In this document: positions 10,593 through 22,693 of the stretch, piece after piece | Layout: the number at the start of each line of letters is the position of its first letter | Position numbering within the stretch: position 1 is the stretch's first letter | DNA from: Octopus sinensis | Lineage: Eukaryota | Direction of reading: 5' to 3' | DNA length: 64,000 nucleotides | Assembly: GCF_006345805.1 (NCBI RefSeq) | Contig: NC_042997.1 | Location: forward strand, 131,812,001-131,876,000 | The notes under the pieces: generated by a model | Databases searched by the model: none | The model's input: the letters and a program-made list of their open reading frames with translations, nothing else | What the model was told of the DNA's origin: nothing | Position numbers and translations under genes: made by a program

Positions 10593-10821
10593 CTGCAAGC
10601 TTCCTACCACACTGCAATACCTATGCCTCTCTCTCTCTCTCTCTCTCTATTTATATATATAGAGAGCTTACAAATCCATTTACAGTGAGGTTATTGAGAT
10701 TATAATACATTTGTTACATCAAATAAATTCAATCATTCATGCATTATACTGCTTTTGAAAATTTACAGTTCTTCCATGGTTATCACATTTATTTAATTTT
10801 TTCATTTTCTCTTTTTTATAG

Positions 10822-10899
10822 AATCTGTTCTTCCAAGTTCTGGAACATTTGTTGTCAAATTACCTCGAAGATCATATGGCCTAGGAATCACTGTCAATG
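10822..10899 (+). CDS. GRIP1: GRIP-like exon (start of PDZ5)
   Basis: Acceptor ttttatag, donor gtaaat. 78 nt, (E)SVLPSSGTFVVKLPRRSYGLGITVN(A). Matches GRIP ESVIPSSGTFHVKLPKK...LGITIS. Confidence 0.95.
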
Positions 10900-10974
10900 G
10901 TAAATATTCATTTTTTTTTTATTTCTACCACTTTGAAATGTTTAACACAGATTTATATGCTGATGGATGAATAT

Positions 10975-11207
10975 GTGTGTGTGTATATATATGTATGTAA
11001 GTATATCTGTGTATGTATGTATATACATATATATATATGTGTGTGTGTGTGTATATATATATATAAATATATATATGTGTATATATATATAAATATATAT
11101 GGGTATATATATATATAAATATATATATATGTGTGTATATATATATATATATAATATATATATGTGTATATATATATAAATATATATGTGTGTATATATA
11201 TATATAA

Positions 11208-11275
<68 letters not shown>
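10975..11275. repeat. (TA)/(TG) compound microsatellite
   Basis: About 300 bp of TA/TG dinucleotides immediately downstream of the exon at 10822-10899. Confidence 0.95.
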
Positions 11276-11276
<1 letters not shown>

Positions 11277-11683
11277 TAATCGAAGTGTACAGTATTACCT
11301 ATCCATTACAGCTAATCTTACCATTGGGGGTTCAATGGAGTGTTAGGTAACAGTCCAATTATGTAACATTGCACTCAATAGAGGTGGCCATTATGTAATG
11401 AAATATGGTGACTGCTCTCTAAGAGAGTGCAAAGTTGATTGGTAAGATCAGCTATAATGGATATATAATGCTGTACACTTCGATTAATATGACAACTCTA
11501 CTATATAAATGACATATATATGGGTGCATTTTTTCCTGACTTATAGACTCTTAGCTTACACACACACACACACACACATCATAGACGGACAATCCTTTGA
11601 CAAACAACTTACAGACAGGACAATTGTAAGGTATAGTGCAGAGTCCTGTTGCCAGACAGGTGCTTTAAAAGTAGAAGAACGTC

Positions 11684-12049
11684 TTCCAGGGACATTCTTC
11701 TACTTTTAAAGCACCTGTGCCACTCAAAACTTTGTGTACAACCCATTGCCTCATTGCTGTAAGCTTGCTGAAGCAAGCTCAGTGTCTCTGTAGAAGACTT
11801 CCCAAATCTAATGCAAAATTTCACACTAGCTCTTTGCTCCAACTTCCTGTCCTTAACAACAAATTGCAGACTACATCATGCATGTGACCACAAAGACACG
11901 AATTTCACAACTTGCAAAGTAAACACAATATCACTCAACACTCTGCCTCATGAAGGTCACTACTAGCTCCCACTGTGCATGCAACCATGGGCTGCTTTCT
12001 GTTGGAATGCTACAGAAGTAGCTCAGGAACTTTTTGATGCCATCTCGTA
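11684..12049 (-). pseudogene. Mariner 5' relic (TIR plus transposase N-terminus)
   Basis: ORF 11609..11842 begins MEQRASVKFCIRFGKSSTETLSLLQQAYSNEAMGCTQSFEWHRCFKS...LED. TIR-like TA-CGAGATGGCATCAAAAAGTTCC ends at 12049. Confidence 0.85.
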
Positions 12050-12221
12050 CAGCTCATCTGAACATCAGTGTGACAAGTTGAGTATCTTTATTTCAGTGTA
12101 GAACAAATACAATTAGAGTCCCTGATTAAAGAGCACCAGATTTGGGGGTTCTTTATCACCATTTAGATCACTTGCTGATAAAGTCTCATAAAAGATACAT
12201 ACATATGTGCATACATAAGTT

Positions 12222-12370
12222 GCAGGTGTGGCTGTCGTTGAGAAAGTTACTTTACCATAACATGGTCTTGTGTTGTATTCCCTCTGTGTGGTACCTTGGG
12301 CAAGTATCTTCTAGTATAGCTCTTGACAAACCAAAGCCTTATGAGTGGATTTGGTTGATGGAAACTGAAA
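12222..12370 (+). mobile_element. SINE family A 5' half
   Basis: Head plus gtaccttgggcaagtatcttctagtatagc...gagtggatttggttgatggaaactgaaag. Confidence 0.7.
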
Positions 12371-12443
12371 GAATAAATGATGTAAACAAGAGCACTCAGA
12401 GCCTCTGCCAAGTCAACACCAACATCCTCCCTGAAATGATTTC

Positions 12444-12728
12444 TAAATGAGAATATCTGAAACAAACTCGACTGCTCTCACGACTGAAAATACCAAAAAT
12501 GAGCATGACAGCTCTCAAAACTTAAGTAAAAAAACTTGGAAAAATAATCCAGAATCCTTGTCTGGTACCCGATTGATTCCAAAATTTAATCAGTTCATGC
12601 CAGTCCCGAGGCCAAAAATCCCTGAAAGTTTCATCCGAATCCATCCAGTGGTTCTTGAGATATCTTGTCCACAAACAAACAAACATGACTGGAAACAATA
12701 CTTCCGCATTAGCGAAGGCGGAGGTAAT
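12444..12728 (+). mobile_element. Helentron-associated non-autonomous element (HINE/DINE-like)
   Basis: Contains gaaagtttcatccgaatcc...gagatatcttg, a (caaa)n tract and the terminal hairpin ttccgc-attagcgaag-gcggaggtaa. Confidence 0.6.
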
Positions 12729-13424
12729 AATATGTGTATATGTTTGTGTCCTTGTCTTGGCATTGTGTGATAGGCATGAGTCACTGTCACACAAACAGTG
12801 TCATTCATTTCCAGTGTTTTGTGAACATGTGTGACCATGAGGGGGGTGGGATATTACCACACTTCGAAACAGGTGAGGGTTGGCAACAGAGAGGTCATAC
12901 AGCCATAGAAAATTTACCTCAATAAACTCCATCTGACTCTCATATAAACATGAAAAAGTGGATGCTAAAACAGCGTTGCTGGTGATAAAGTCATTGATCA
13001 AATCAAGGCTTTGGTAGGAGGGATTTACCCAAGATGTCATGTGGAAGGATCAAACCAGGAACTACCAATTGCTAAGTAAATTTCTAAAAACCACACAGCC
13101 AAGGAATCAAAAGGAAGATGGGACTAAATATCAGTGTCTGGCAAAACAACAGAGTATCTGCCATTCCACTTCCATAATATATAAACAAATAAATAGACTA
13201 AGTTTACCTTCAGGCTACCTTTCACTGACTTTCAGACTTAATTCCTTGTAATTTGCCAATTATTTCATTGCTGCTGTTTCCTCCTCTGGCTGTTATGGAA
13301 TAAAAAACAGGTTTGAAACATTAAGAAACGTTAAACCCCTTTTTTCCTGCTTAATACTGGCTTATGGCAACTTAAATTTGTATCAAAAATAAGAACCAAA
13401 ATAGAAATTGTCACTTTGGAATGG

Positions 13425-13895
13425 TGATTACCATAACTGCTATCCCTACTATCAACATCATCGTCATCATGATAAAGATCATTATAACCATCATAAATAT
13501 CATCATCATCAATACCACCACAACCACCACCATCATCGTTATCATCATCATAAACATCATTATCATGATAATCACCACCACCACTATCACTATCATGTAT
13601 CACTCGTTGCCTCCATCATTCTAAATATCATCATAATCATCATTATCATGAATAATATCATTGTCATAAACAGCATCGTTATCAATATTGTTACCATTCT
13701 TATAAACATAGTAATCATCATTTTCATCAATATTGTCTTCATAAATGCTTCACCATCATCATTATAAACATCATAAACATCATTATTATCATAAATATCA
13801 TCAACATGACTATTGCTTCAAGAATAACTACCATTGGAAACACTGTTATTTCTATCACCATTATCACCACTCCACATTATCATCATCATAATCAT
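13425..13895. repeat. Degenerate (CAT/CAC/AAT)n trinucleotide tract
   Basis: About 470 bp of catcat/caccac/aat triplets. It produces the spurious His-rich and Ile-rich ORFs. Confidence 0.9.
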
Positions 13896-14390
13896 AAACA
13901 GCATCACTCTCACCACAAAAAGAACTACCCCATTATTCACTCATATTCGGATTACAAGAAAAAAAAAAGAAAGAAACTGAAGCCAATTTATTCCTAGAAT
14001 TCAATAAAAATCTCATGCCAATTAGTTATTGGTCAACAATGGAAAACCAAAAGATGGCAATGAAAAAAAAAATGTTGCACTTTCACTGTTAAAGATGTGA
14101 TCTGAAACTCAAACACTACAAAAGTAGTTAGCCATTATTAAACCATCTCGTAATAAGGAAGAACAATGCCTACCATGGGAAACAAAGTGCACACAGACAC
14201 AGTTGTGTTTCAGTTTTTTGGTCCATGTTAATTGACTATTGCAAATAAATAGACGCAGAAATTACTGATATATGTACAGATCATAATCCATTCCGTATGG
14301 TGCCTTTCAATATACAGCTAATTCTACTCATCTAAATATGCTGTGATGAGATGAGATGCTTTCAACTAGAATTACAACATTGAACTTCTA

Positions 14391-14584
14391 TTAACCCTTT
14401 TGTTACCAACCTGGCTGAAACTGGCTCTGGTTCTGAGTACAAATGTCTTGTTTTCATTAGTTTTGAATTAAAATCTTCCACGAAACCTTAGTCACAATTT
14501 ATGTTCCTAACACTAGCTTAATGATAATTGAGTTATTTTGCCAAATTTTTTGTTGTATTTAAAGTAATTGAAAGAAAAACAGAG
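14391..14584 (+). mobile_element. Truncated piggyBac-type MITE fused to a SINE A fragment
   Basis: TTAA-CCCTTTTGTTACC start, same body as 5941-6169, breaks at aaaacagag and continues as gagtggatttggtagacggaaactgaaagaagcc (to about 14616). Confidence 0.8.
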
Positions 14585-15103
14585 TGGATTTGGTAGACGG
14601 AAACTGAAAGAAGCCTACGTGTCGTTATTCTACCAAATATTTACGTTTTATTTATTATTTTGCACTTTACTTTATCATCGTTATATTTTTTTATCTTATA
14701 TTTAATCTTTCTATAATATGTAATTTTCTATATGGCGTAATTTAATTTTTCATTATTGAATTGATAAAAGGTGTTTTTTTTCTAATTTATGTGCGTGTGT
14801 GTGTGTGTGTTTGTATGGCTGTGTTTATAGAGATTCCCTGTTGAAGATACACGTTCACAGCCCAGTAAATTTGTCTGAACTTCCGAAAAATACTACCGAT
14901 TCCTCTGCTATTGCGCATAATCCATGGTGGTGCTCCAGCATGACTGCAGCCGCACGGCTGAAATGATAAAAAAAAAATAAAAGACTATTCTGTTTCTTCT
15001 TTTTCTTCTTTATTCTCTCCAGGAAATGATTCTTGTTTTCCTGTGTTTTCGCACCTTCATGAAATGATTAACTTTTATCTATTCTGGTTTTCTTCATTTG
15101 TAG

Positions 15104-15173
15104 CACCAAACAATCGCAAACCTACCGATCCATTAATAATTACAGACGTCAGGCGTGGAAGCGTGGCAAACAG
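15104..15173 (+). CDS. GRIP1: GRIP-like exon (PDZ5 middle)
   Basis: Acceptor atttgtag, donor gtgaga. 70 nt, (A)PNNRKPTDPLIITDVRRGSVAN(R). Matches GRIP [24 protein letters not shown]. Confidence 0.94.
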
Positions 15174-15450
15174 GTGAGAGATGGTTCACTATAAACATAT
15201 GTCGACAGAATTAAGCATTAACCATTGTTTCCTTTAAACAAACCTCTTTCCATTATTATCCCAGTGTATTTTCACCGAAAATGTCAAAAATAATAATCAT
15301 CAAGTATGATTATAAGAGAGCTATTTTCGTATGTAATCTAAATGTTATTTATCTAATATACTTTGTGTTGCTCTTGTAGCCATTTTCTACACTTATTCTA
15401 TCATTCAGTAGCTTTTAGCTCTCTTGTGTATTTTATATATATATATATAA

Positions 15451-15718
15451 GGTGTAGAAGTGGCTGTGTGGTAAGTAGCTTGCTTACCAACCACATGGTT
15501 CCAGGTTCAGTCCCACTGCATGGCACCATGGGCAAGTGTCTTCTACTATAGCCTCGGGCCGACCAAAGCCTTGTGAGTGGATTTGGTAGACGGAAACTGA
15601 AAGAAGCCTGTCATATATGTGTGTGTGTGTGTGTGTGTATGTTTGTGTGTCTGATTTTGCCCCCCCCCCCCCCCATCATCGCTTAACAACCGATGCTGGT
15701 GTGCTTATGTCCCCATAT
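15451..15718 (+). mobile_element. SINE family A, 3'-truncated
   Basis: Head agtggctgtgtggtaagtagc...ggttcagtccc, CORE-like gcaccatgggcaagtgtctt, internal (TG)n. Starts 280 bp after the exon at 15104-15173. Confidence 0.85.
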
Positions 15719-15719
15719 C

Positions 15720-15935
15720 TTAATAGGGATTTTCATAGAAACAAGCACCTTTTTGATGTAAATAATTTTTGGTGTTAACATGGTCCGATTTGAATTTTTT
15801 CTTCTACGGAAGGAAGAGCAAGCCTTCTCCTATCATACTCTCAATTTTGGTCAACTTGCGCCGCAGGGTCTCGGAGGAGATAGTGTTAGTCGAAAGCTAC
15901 CAAACCTGCCATACACAGACAACTTCAGCTTTATA
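15720..15935 (+). mobile_element. 3' half of a Helentron-like element (copy of 26431-26792)
   Basis: Near-identical to 26574-26790 (aatagggattttc...catacacagacaacttcagctttatat). Confidence 0.7.
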
Positions 15936-17049
15936 TAAATATATATATATTTATGAGGTGTTTGGAAACTTTACAATACACTTTATTCTTTCACTTGTAA
16001 GCCATCTTATAAATGATTAAAAACAAAAAACATCCTCAAGAAAGAATCAAGCCCCACCACTTCCACCACCACCACCATCATTGGCTTGCTCACATCCCCC
16101 CATATTCTTATTACCAGTTATTCCAGATTATGTTAGATGATGATATATTTTTTCCAACTCTTATTCAGATCTATCCCAGATGCTTCTTATTACCATTACT
16201 AAAACTAAAAACAAAATACTAATAAAATAACAAAGCATTTTATTGAATATTTAATGATTTCTGGGAGGAAAATCCTTTTTTTTCTTTAATATTTAGAAAA
16301 AAAATTTTATGAATTTTTTTGCAGTTTTGGTTCTGGATTTTATTAAATATTTCTTTTCTGTTCTTAATTTTTTTCTCTGCCGTATTCTATAATCAATTTG
16401 TTTTTCATCTTTAACTACATTCAAGGATTCAAATACAAAATCCCTTGAAGGGCATTTTCTTTGTGTTTTTTCTTTTTTTCTTTTTACTTCTATTTCAATG
16501 CATTTTTTTTATTGATAATATACTCATGCAAACATATGTTAAAAGATCTTAACATACAAACACACATGCATACATGTTCACTCACAGAATACAACACACA
16601 TACCACACACACACGCACACACAAGCATATACCAAAATGCACATTCATGCACACAAACAGGTGTATATAAATACATTAGCTGTTAAACATGAAATATACA
16701 TGTGTATACATGTTTTAAAACTGATTGCCAAACATGCTCACACATGGAAACAAACACATACTAAGACGCATCTACATATACATACACACAAACAAATACT
16801 AAAGGATATTGACAAATAATGCACAAACCCACACACAGTGCAGTAGATTCACACTTGTGCATGCACACACATGCAGGTTCATCATACATTCGCATACAAA
16901 GGTGCACTAAAATATATACACATAAACACAAACATATTTAAAGATATTAACCCTTTAATACAGCACATACACAGTCAGTCACGAATTCACACATATTCTC
17001 TCTCTCTTACAAATACAAGCACATTCAAATATAAAAACATATATGTATA

Positions 17050-17210
17050 GATGCAGGCATGACTGTGTGACAGAAAGTTTGCTTCCCAACCACATAATTC
17101 TGGGTTCAGTTCCATTGTGTGGCACTTTGGGCAAATGTCTTCCACGATAGCCTCAGGCTGACCAAAGCCTTGTGAGTGGATTTGATAGACAGAAACTGAA
17201 AGAAGCCTGT

Positions 17211-17244
<34 letters not shown>

Positions 17245-17652
17245 GGAGTGGCTGTGTGGTAGGTACCTTGCTTACCAACCACATGGTTCCGGGTTCAATC
17301 CCATTGCGTGACACCTTGGGCAAGTGTCTTCTACTATAGCCTTGGGCCGACCAAAGTCTTGTGTGTGGATTTGGTTGACGGAAACTGAAAGAAGCCCATC
17401 GTATGTATGTACATATATATATATATATGTCTGTATGTGTGTGTATATGTTTATCTGTTTTTGTTCACTCAACATTGCTTGACAATCGATGCTGGTGTGT
17501 TTACGTCCCCGTAACTTAGCAGTTCGGCAAAAGAGACCGATAGAATAAGTCCTAGGCTTACAAAGAATAAATCCTGGGGTCAATTTGCTTGACTAAAGGC
17601 GGTGCTCCAGAATGGCCACAGCCAAATGACTGAAACAAGTAAAAGAATAAAA
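17050..17652 (+). mobile_element. Two tandem SINE family A copies (5' half plus full length)
   Basis: 17050-17225 is a head half. 17245-17652 is full length, ending gactgaaacaagtaaaagaataaaagag. An inverted 3'-end fragment lies at 17772-17835. Confidence 0.85.
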
Positions 17653-18675
17653 GAGCTTCAAGATTCATGCTGTACTGAGTCAGGTACAGTCAATCATTTA
17701 CATAAAGTGAATATTTTTCTACCCAACCTGGTGCCTTACCATTTAAGTGCCTGATTCATTCATATCCTGATTATATATATAGTCTTTCAGTCTTTTACTT
17801 GTTTCAGTCATTTGACTGTGGCCATGCTGGAGCACCATATATATATATATATATATGGCAGGGAGCAGAGCGTCGAAGGATATAAGCAATGGCAAGAAAA
17901 CTGTAAAAACTGGTGCTCTTGAAGTATTTGTTTTGCACTGCATTATAGATGCTCTCTTATCACTTCTTCCATTAAAAATGTACTGAACTAACGATTGACA
18001 CTCTGGGAACCTGTGACTAATGATGCCATTGTTTGCAAATTGTGACAGCAAATTTTTTCGCTTCATAAAATGCGCTTGTGTCAGTATCTTTTAATATATG
18101 TATGTATGTCTTTTATTGTGTGTGCGTGTGTATTTTAAAATGTATGCACCCACAGAGCTTTTCCTCTGGATGTGTGAATATATTCACATGTGTATAAGTA
18201 ATGTAGTGCTTTTAATAAATGTTTGTATAATTTGTCTTTGCAGCGGATTTAAAATTTGTTTCTCTTGAAATACGTACATCTGTAATTGCATTAAGTTGCT
18301 CCTGTAATGTATGTATATATGATGGTCAAACATATGTGTGCTTATATATATATATAAACAAATATTGTGTACATTAAAACACATCAAGGGGCTTCCAAAT
18401 AGGAAAGTTTTGTGCTAGAAAGAGCAGTAGAAAACTCAAACCACTAATTAGGGATAAATTCTCGAAAGGGATGAAAATTAAAAATGTTTACCATCTCATT
18501 TAGTTCCTAGACCATGGTCTTATTACCCTAATGTTATATATATATATATATATACACACATACATACATACATACATACATGTGTATCAGCATTATTATG
18601 TACATGTTACTAAAAGTATATTTATGTATATTTTGCTGTACATGTCAATGTTTTTTGGCTTGTATATATGTACAC

Positions 18676-18903
18676 GGCGAGCTGGCAGAAACGGTAGCAC
18701 GCCGGGCGAAATGCGTAGCCGTATTTCATCTGCCGTTACGTTCTGGGTTCAAATTCCGCCGAGGTCGGCTTTGCCTTTCATCCTTTCGGGGTCGATAAAT
18801 TAAGTACCAGTTACGCACTGGGGCCGATGGAATCGACTTAATCGCTTTGTCTGTCCTTGTTTGTCCCCTCTGTGTTTAGCCCCTTGTGGGTAGTAAAGAA
18901 ATA
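18676..18903 (+). mobile_element. Full-length SINE family B
   Basis: ggcgagctggcagaaacgg...gggttcaaattccgccgaggtcggctttgcctttcatcctttcggggtcgataaattaagtaccag...tagtaaagaaata. Confidence 0.9.
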
Positions 18904-19537
18904 TATATGTACATGTGTGTTTTGCTTTAGTAATATGGTCTGTATATAAAGGCATGTGTTTTAGAAAAGTGTGGGTGTGTATATTTTAGCATGTGTGTGT
19001 ATGTTTTAGTGAAAGTATGTATGTGCATATACAATGTATTTTAGTGTGGGTGTTTATGCATGTTTCAAAGAATGTGTGTATATGTGTATTTAAGTGTATA
19101 TCAATATAATACTGCACATGTGTGTATGCGTAAGATCACTTGTCAAGAAATTTATTTTTAAACTGCTTACTCAGCAAATTTTAGCTTTGTATAATCTACT
19201 GACCAAACCCCTAAATGCTTGATTCCCAAACTTTTTCATAGTTCCCCTCCTATTCCACCCTATCCCAGCCTCAAAATCATGATTCCCACTAATTTTAAAC
19301 TTCCCTTCCCAATCTGCAGCTTTGGTTGAGAACTGTAACTGATGTGTTTGTAGGGGGTAGGGGCTTGTTCTTGTCTGTCATATGCCTTCTGTTCTTTAAC
19401 CCTCTTTTTCTTCCTATCCAAAGCCATTCTTTGTCACCCACTTCCATAAACTTTCCTCATACTTTCTCCACTGCTACTCTTCAGATCTCTCTCATTCTCT
19501 CCCTGCTTCTGCTCTTACTACTGCTACAAACATTACT

Positions 19538-19571
<34 letters not shown>

Positions 19572-19910
19572 GCTCTGAATTCTTCAGTTAAGTGGGTTAC
19601 TGGTGGTGGAGGGGTCAGAGATCACTCAACTTGCTACCACTAGCACCCTTGGCATATTTAAAACTTTAACTAGACCTTCATCACTTTCTCTTTCTTCTTC
19701 CCATTCCTTCAGCCTTTTTTGTAATCCCTTTGGTGTTTTAACTACCACCATTACAAAACAGCCTCAGCTTCATGTCTGAACAAAACCACCCAAATTATTC
19801 TCTCTTTCAATGTCACAGCAAAGAATACTTTAAGTCTTTCCTCCCATCTCTCTCTCTCTCTCTCCCTCTCCCTCTCTCTCTCTCTCAAAATTGTATCATT
19901 TATATACACA

Positions 19911-20732
19911 TGGTGCAGGAGTGGCTGTGTGGTAAGTAATTGCTTTCAAACCACATGGTTCCGGGTTCAGTCCCACTGCATGGCACCTTGAGCAAGTATC
20001 TTCTATTATAGCCTTGGGCCAACCAAAGCCTTGTGAGTGGATTTGGCAGACGGAAACTGAAAGAAACCCGTTGTATATGTGTGTATATATATAGTAGTGG
20101 CTGTGTGGTAAGTAGCTTGCTAACCAACCACATGGTTCCGGGTTCAGTCCCACTGCGTGGCATCTTGGGCAAGTGTCTTCTGCTATAGCCCTGGGCTGAC
20201 CAATGCCTTGTGAGTGGATTTGGTAGACGGAAACTGAAAGAAGCCTGTCGTATATATGTATATGTGTGTTTGTGTTTGTCCCCCTAGCATTGCTTGACAA
20301 CCGATGCTGGTGTGTTCACGTCCCCGTCACTTAGTGGTTTGGCAAAAGAGACCGATAGAATAAGTACTGGGCTTACAAAGAATAAGTCCCGGGGTCGATT
20401 TGCTCGACTAAAGGCAGTGCTCCAGCATGGCCGCAGTCAAATGACTGAAACAAGTAAAAGAGTAAAGAGTAAGAGATATATATATACATGTATATATATA
20501 CATATATATATGTTTGTATGTGTGTATATGTTTGTGTGTCTGTGTTTGTCCCCCCCAATATCACTTGACAACCATTACTGGTGTGTTTACGTCCCCGTAA
20601 CTTAGCAGTTCAGCAAAAGAGACCGATAGAATAAGTACTAGGTTTACAAAGAATAAGTCCTGGGGTCGATTTGCTTGACTTAAGGTGGTGCTCCAGCATG
20701 GCCACAGTCAATTGACTGAAACAAGTAAAAGA
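19911..20732 (+). mobile_element. Cluster of three head-to-tail SINE family A pieces
   Basis: 5' half (19911-20080), full copy (20092-20468) and 3' half (20510-20732), each joined at TA/TG tracts. Confidence 0.85.
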
Positions 20733-21064
20733 GTCTTTCAAGGAATACATTATCCAATGTAGCTTGTTTTTTTTTTTTAAGATGGATAGGTTTCATTTGA
20801 GGGAGATTATACTGCTATTTCTAGCAGGGCAAATAACTGAAAATGTTTCATTTTGTCGACTCTTATTTTTAGAATTTTATCATTCACGTTCTGTTAACCC
20901 ACCTGTAACCAACTTTGCTTCCACAGTGCAAACTTCCTATTTTGAAGTGATGTGATCTAAAACCTTCCAAGAAAAATTCATTATAATTTATATTCCAAAC
21001 ACAAGCTTACTAATGATAAAGTCATTTTACTAATGTTTTTGTTATTTTCAATAATAATTGAAAC

Positions 21065-21230
21065 AAAGGAGTGGCTGTATGGTAAATAGCTTGCTTACGA
21101 ACCACATAGTTCTGGGTTCACTCCCAATGCGTGGCACCTTGGGCAAGTGTCTTGTACTATGGCCTCAGGCCAACCAAAGCCTTGTGAGTGGATTTGGTAG
21201 ACGGAAACTGAAAGAAGCCTGCCGTATATG

Positions 21231-21266
<36 letters not shown>

Positions 21267-21710
21267 GTAAAATGATATGTGACAATTATTCAATAGCCAA
21301 GATAAAACTCTGAGTTTCGGATGCCGAGGTGGAAATCCACAACACCATCTCTTAAAATGTCACATATTATTTTACAGATAAATTTCCTCTATTTACATAA
21401 TATTGTGGTCTCTTTCTTTCTTTTGTTATCTTACCGTTTTTACCAATATATATATATATATGTGTGTATATATGTATGTATGTGTATGTGTGTGTATATG
21501 TTTGTGTGTCTGTATTTGTCCCTCCAACATTGCCTGACAACTGATGCTGGTGTGCTTACATCCCCGTAACTTAGCGGTTCGGCGGCAAAAGAGACTGATA
21601 CAATAAGTACTAGGCTTACAAAGAATAAGTCCTGAGGTCGATTTGTTCAACTAAAGGCAGTGCTCCAGCATGGCCACAGTCAAATGACTGAAACAAGTAA
21701 AAGAGTAAAG
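21065..21710 (+). mobile_element. SINE family A with a 175-bp insert in its internal (TA)n
   Basis: 5' half 21065-21230 and 3' half 21480-21710 are separated by (TA)n, unique sequence 21270-21445, then (TA)n. Confidence 0.8.
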
Positions 21711-21971
21711 ACAGTGCACTTTAATAGAAATATAGTAACCAGAGCCTGTTAAGACTGACTGATTTGCTAACAAATCAATGACTGAAAACAAATAATTTTT
21801 AATTCCTAGTAAATAATACTCTTTTCTGCTGTCCATAGCATAATTATATTTTCTCTTCTTGTTTTGCTCATCCATTTTACTCTTTGCATACCTACTGTAA
21901 CTGGAAAACAAAAAGAATTATGTATTAATGTATTTTTGTTTCATATTTTTTTTATATTTTCAATTACACAG

Positions 21972-22117
21972 ATGTGGTTCTATACAGCCAAGTGATAAAC
22001 TTTTAGCCATCAATGATATTCGAATGGAGCCTTGTTGTGCAGATGAGGCTGCTAATTTGTTGGAGACTGCAGATGATATCATTGTACTAAAGATTCGAAG
22101 AGATGATCCTTATGGAG
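21972..22117 (+). CDS. GRIP1: GRIP-like exon (PDZ5 C-terminal part)
   Basis: Acceptor ttacacag, donor gtaatg. 146 nt, (R)CGSIQPSDKLLAINDIRMEPCCADEAANLLETADDIIVLKIRRDDPYG(D). Matches GRIP TGTLELGDKLLAIDNIRLD.CSMEDAVQIL...LVKLKIRKDED. Confidence 0.95.
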
Positions 22118-22502
22118 GTAATGAATAAATAAATACATAATTGAATATTAAAACCAAGACAGCATGGAATATGGAAAAATTAATATTCAGACTCACATGT
22201 ATTCAATTAAAAGATGAATAAACATTGTGTGTTTGATATTTTAAAATGCTTTATCATCAGTGCATATGTTTAGCCATCTTAGTGATGTATAATTCAATAC
22301 ACTTTGACAAATGCAATCAAATATCTTTCTTTTTCTCTCCTTGTACATAAAAAAGTGGGATTTGGCCTGAACTGGTTTCTAACCTGATTGGCATCTTGTC
22401 TGTCTAAAGAATGAGGTATAGCTTGTAGTTATTTATGGCCACCAAATGAAATTGTAATCTTGACCACGAGTCCGCTGCTCTAACCACTAGGCCATGTGCC
22501 TC

Positions 22503-22547
22503 CACACACACACACACACTCACACACACACACACATATATATACAT

Positions 22548-22580
<33 letters not shown>

Positions 22581-22602
22581 ATATATATATATACACACAT
22601 AC

Positions 22603-22692
<90 letters not shown>
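22503..22692. repeat. Ordered (CA)n-(TA)n-(GA)n compound microsatellite
   Basis: Directly visible. Abuts a reverse SINE D head fragment at 22458-22506. Confidence 0.95.

Positions 22693-22693
<1 letters not shown>

Noticed and set aside
13331-13997. His-rich ORF 13408..13767 and overlapping Ile/Asp/Met-rich ORFs
   Set aside because: All six frames are low-complexity readouts of a CAT/CAC trinucleotide tract. There are no splice signals or homology.
17743-18066. 107-aa minus-strand ORF and a short plus-strand ORF from about 17855 in CpG-containing sequence
   Set aside because: No recognisable motif. The ORF runs through TA repeat and SINE sequence, and there is no convincing splice-site pair in the GRIP frame.
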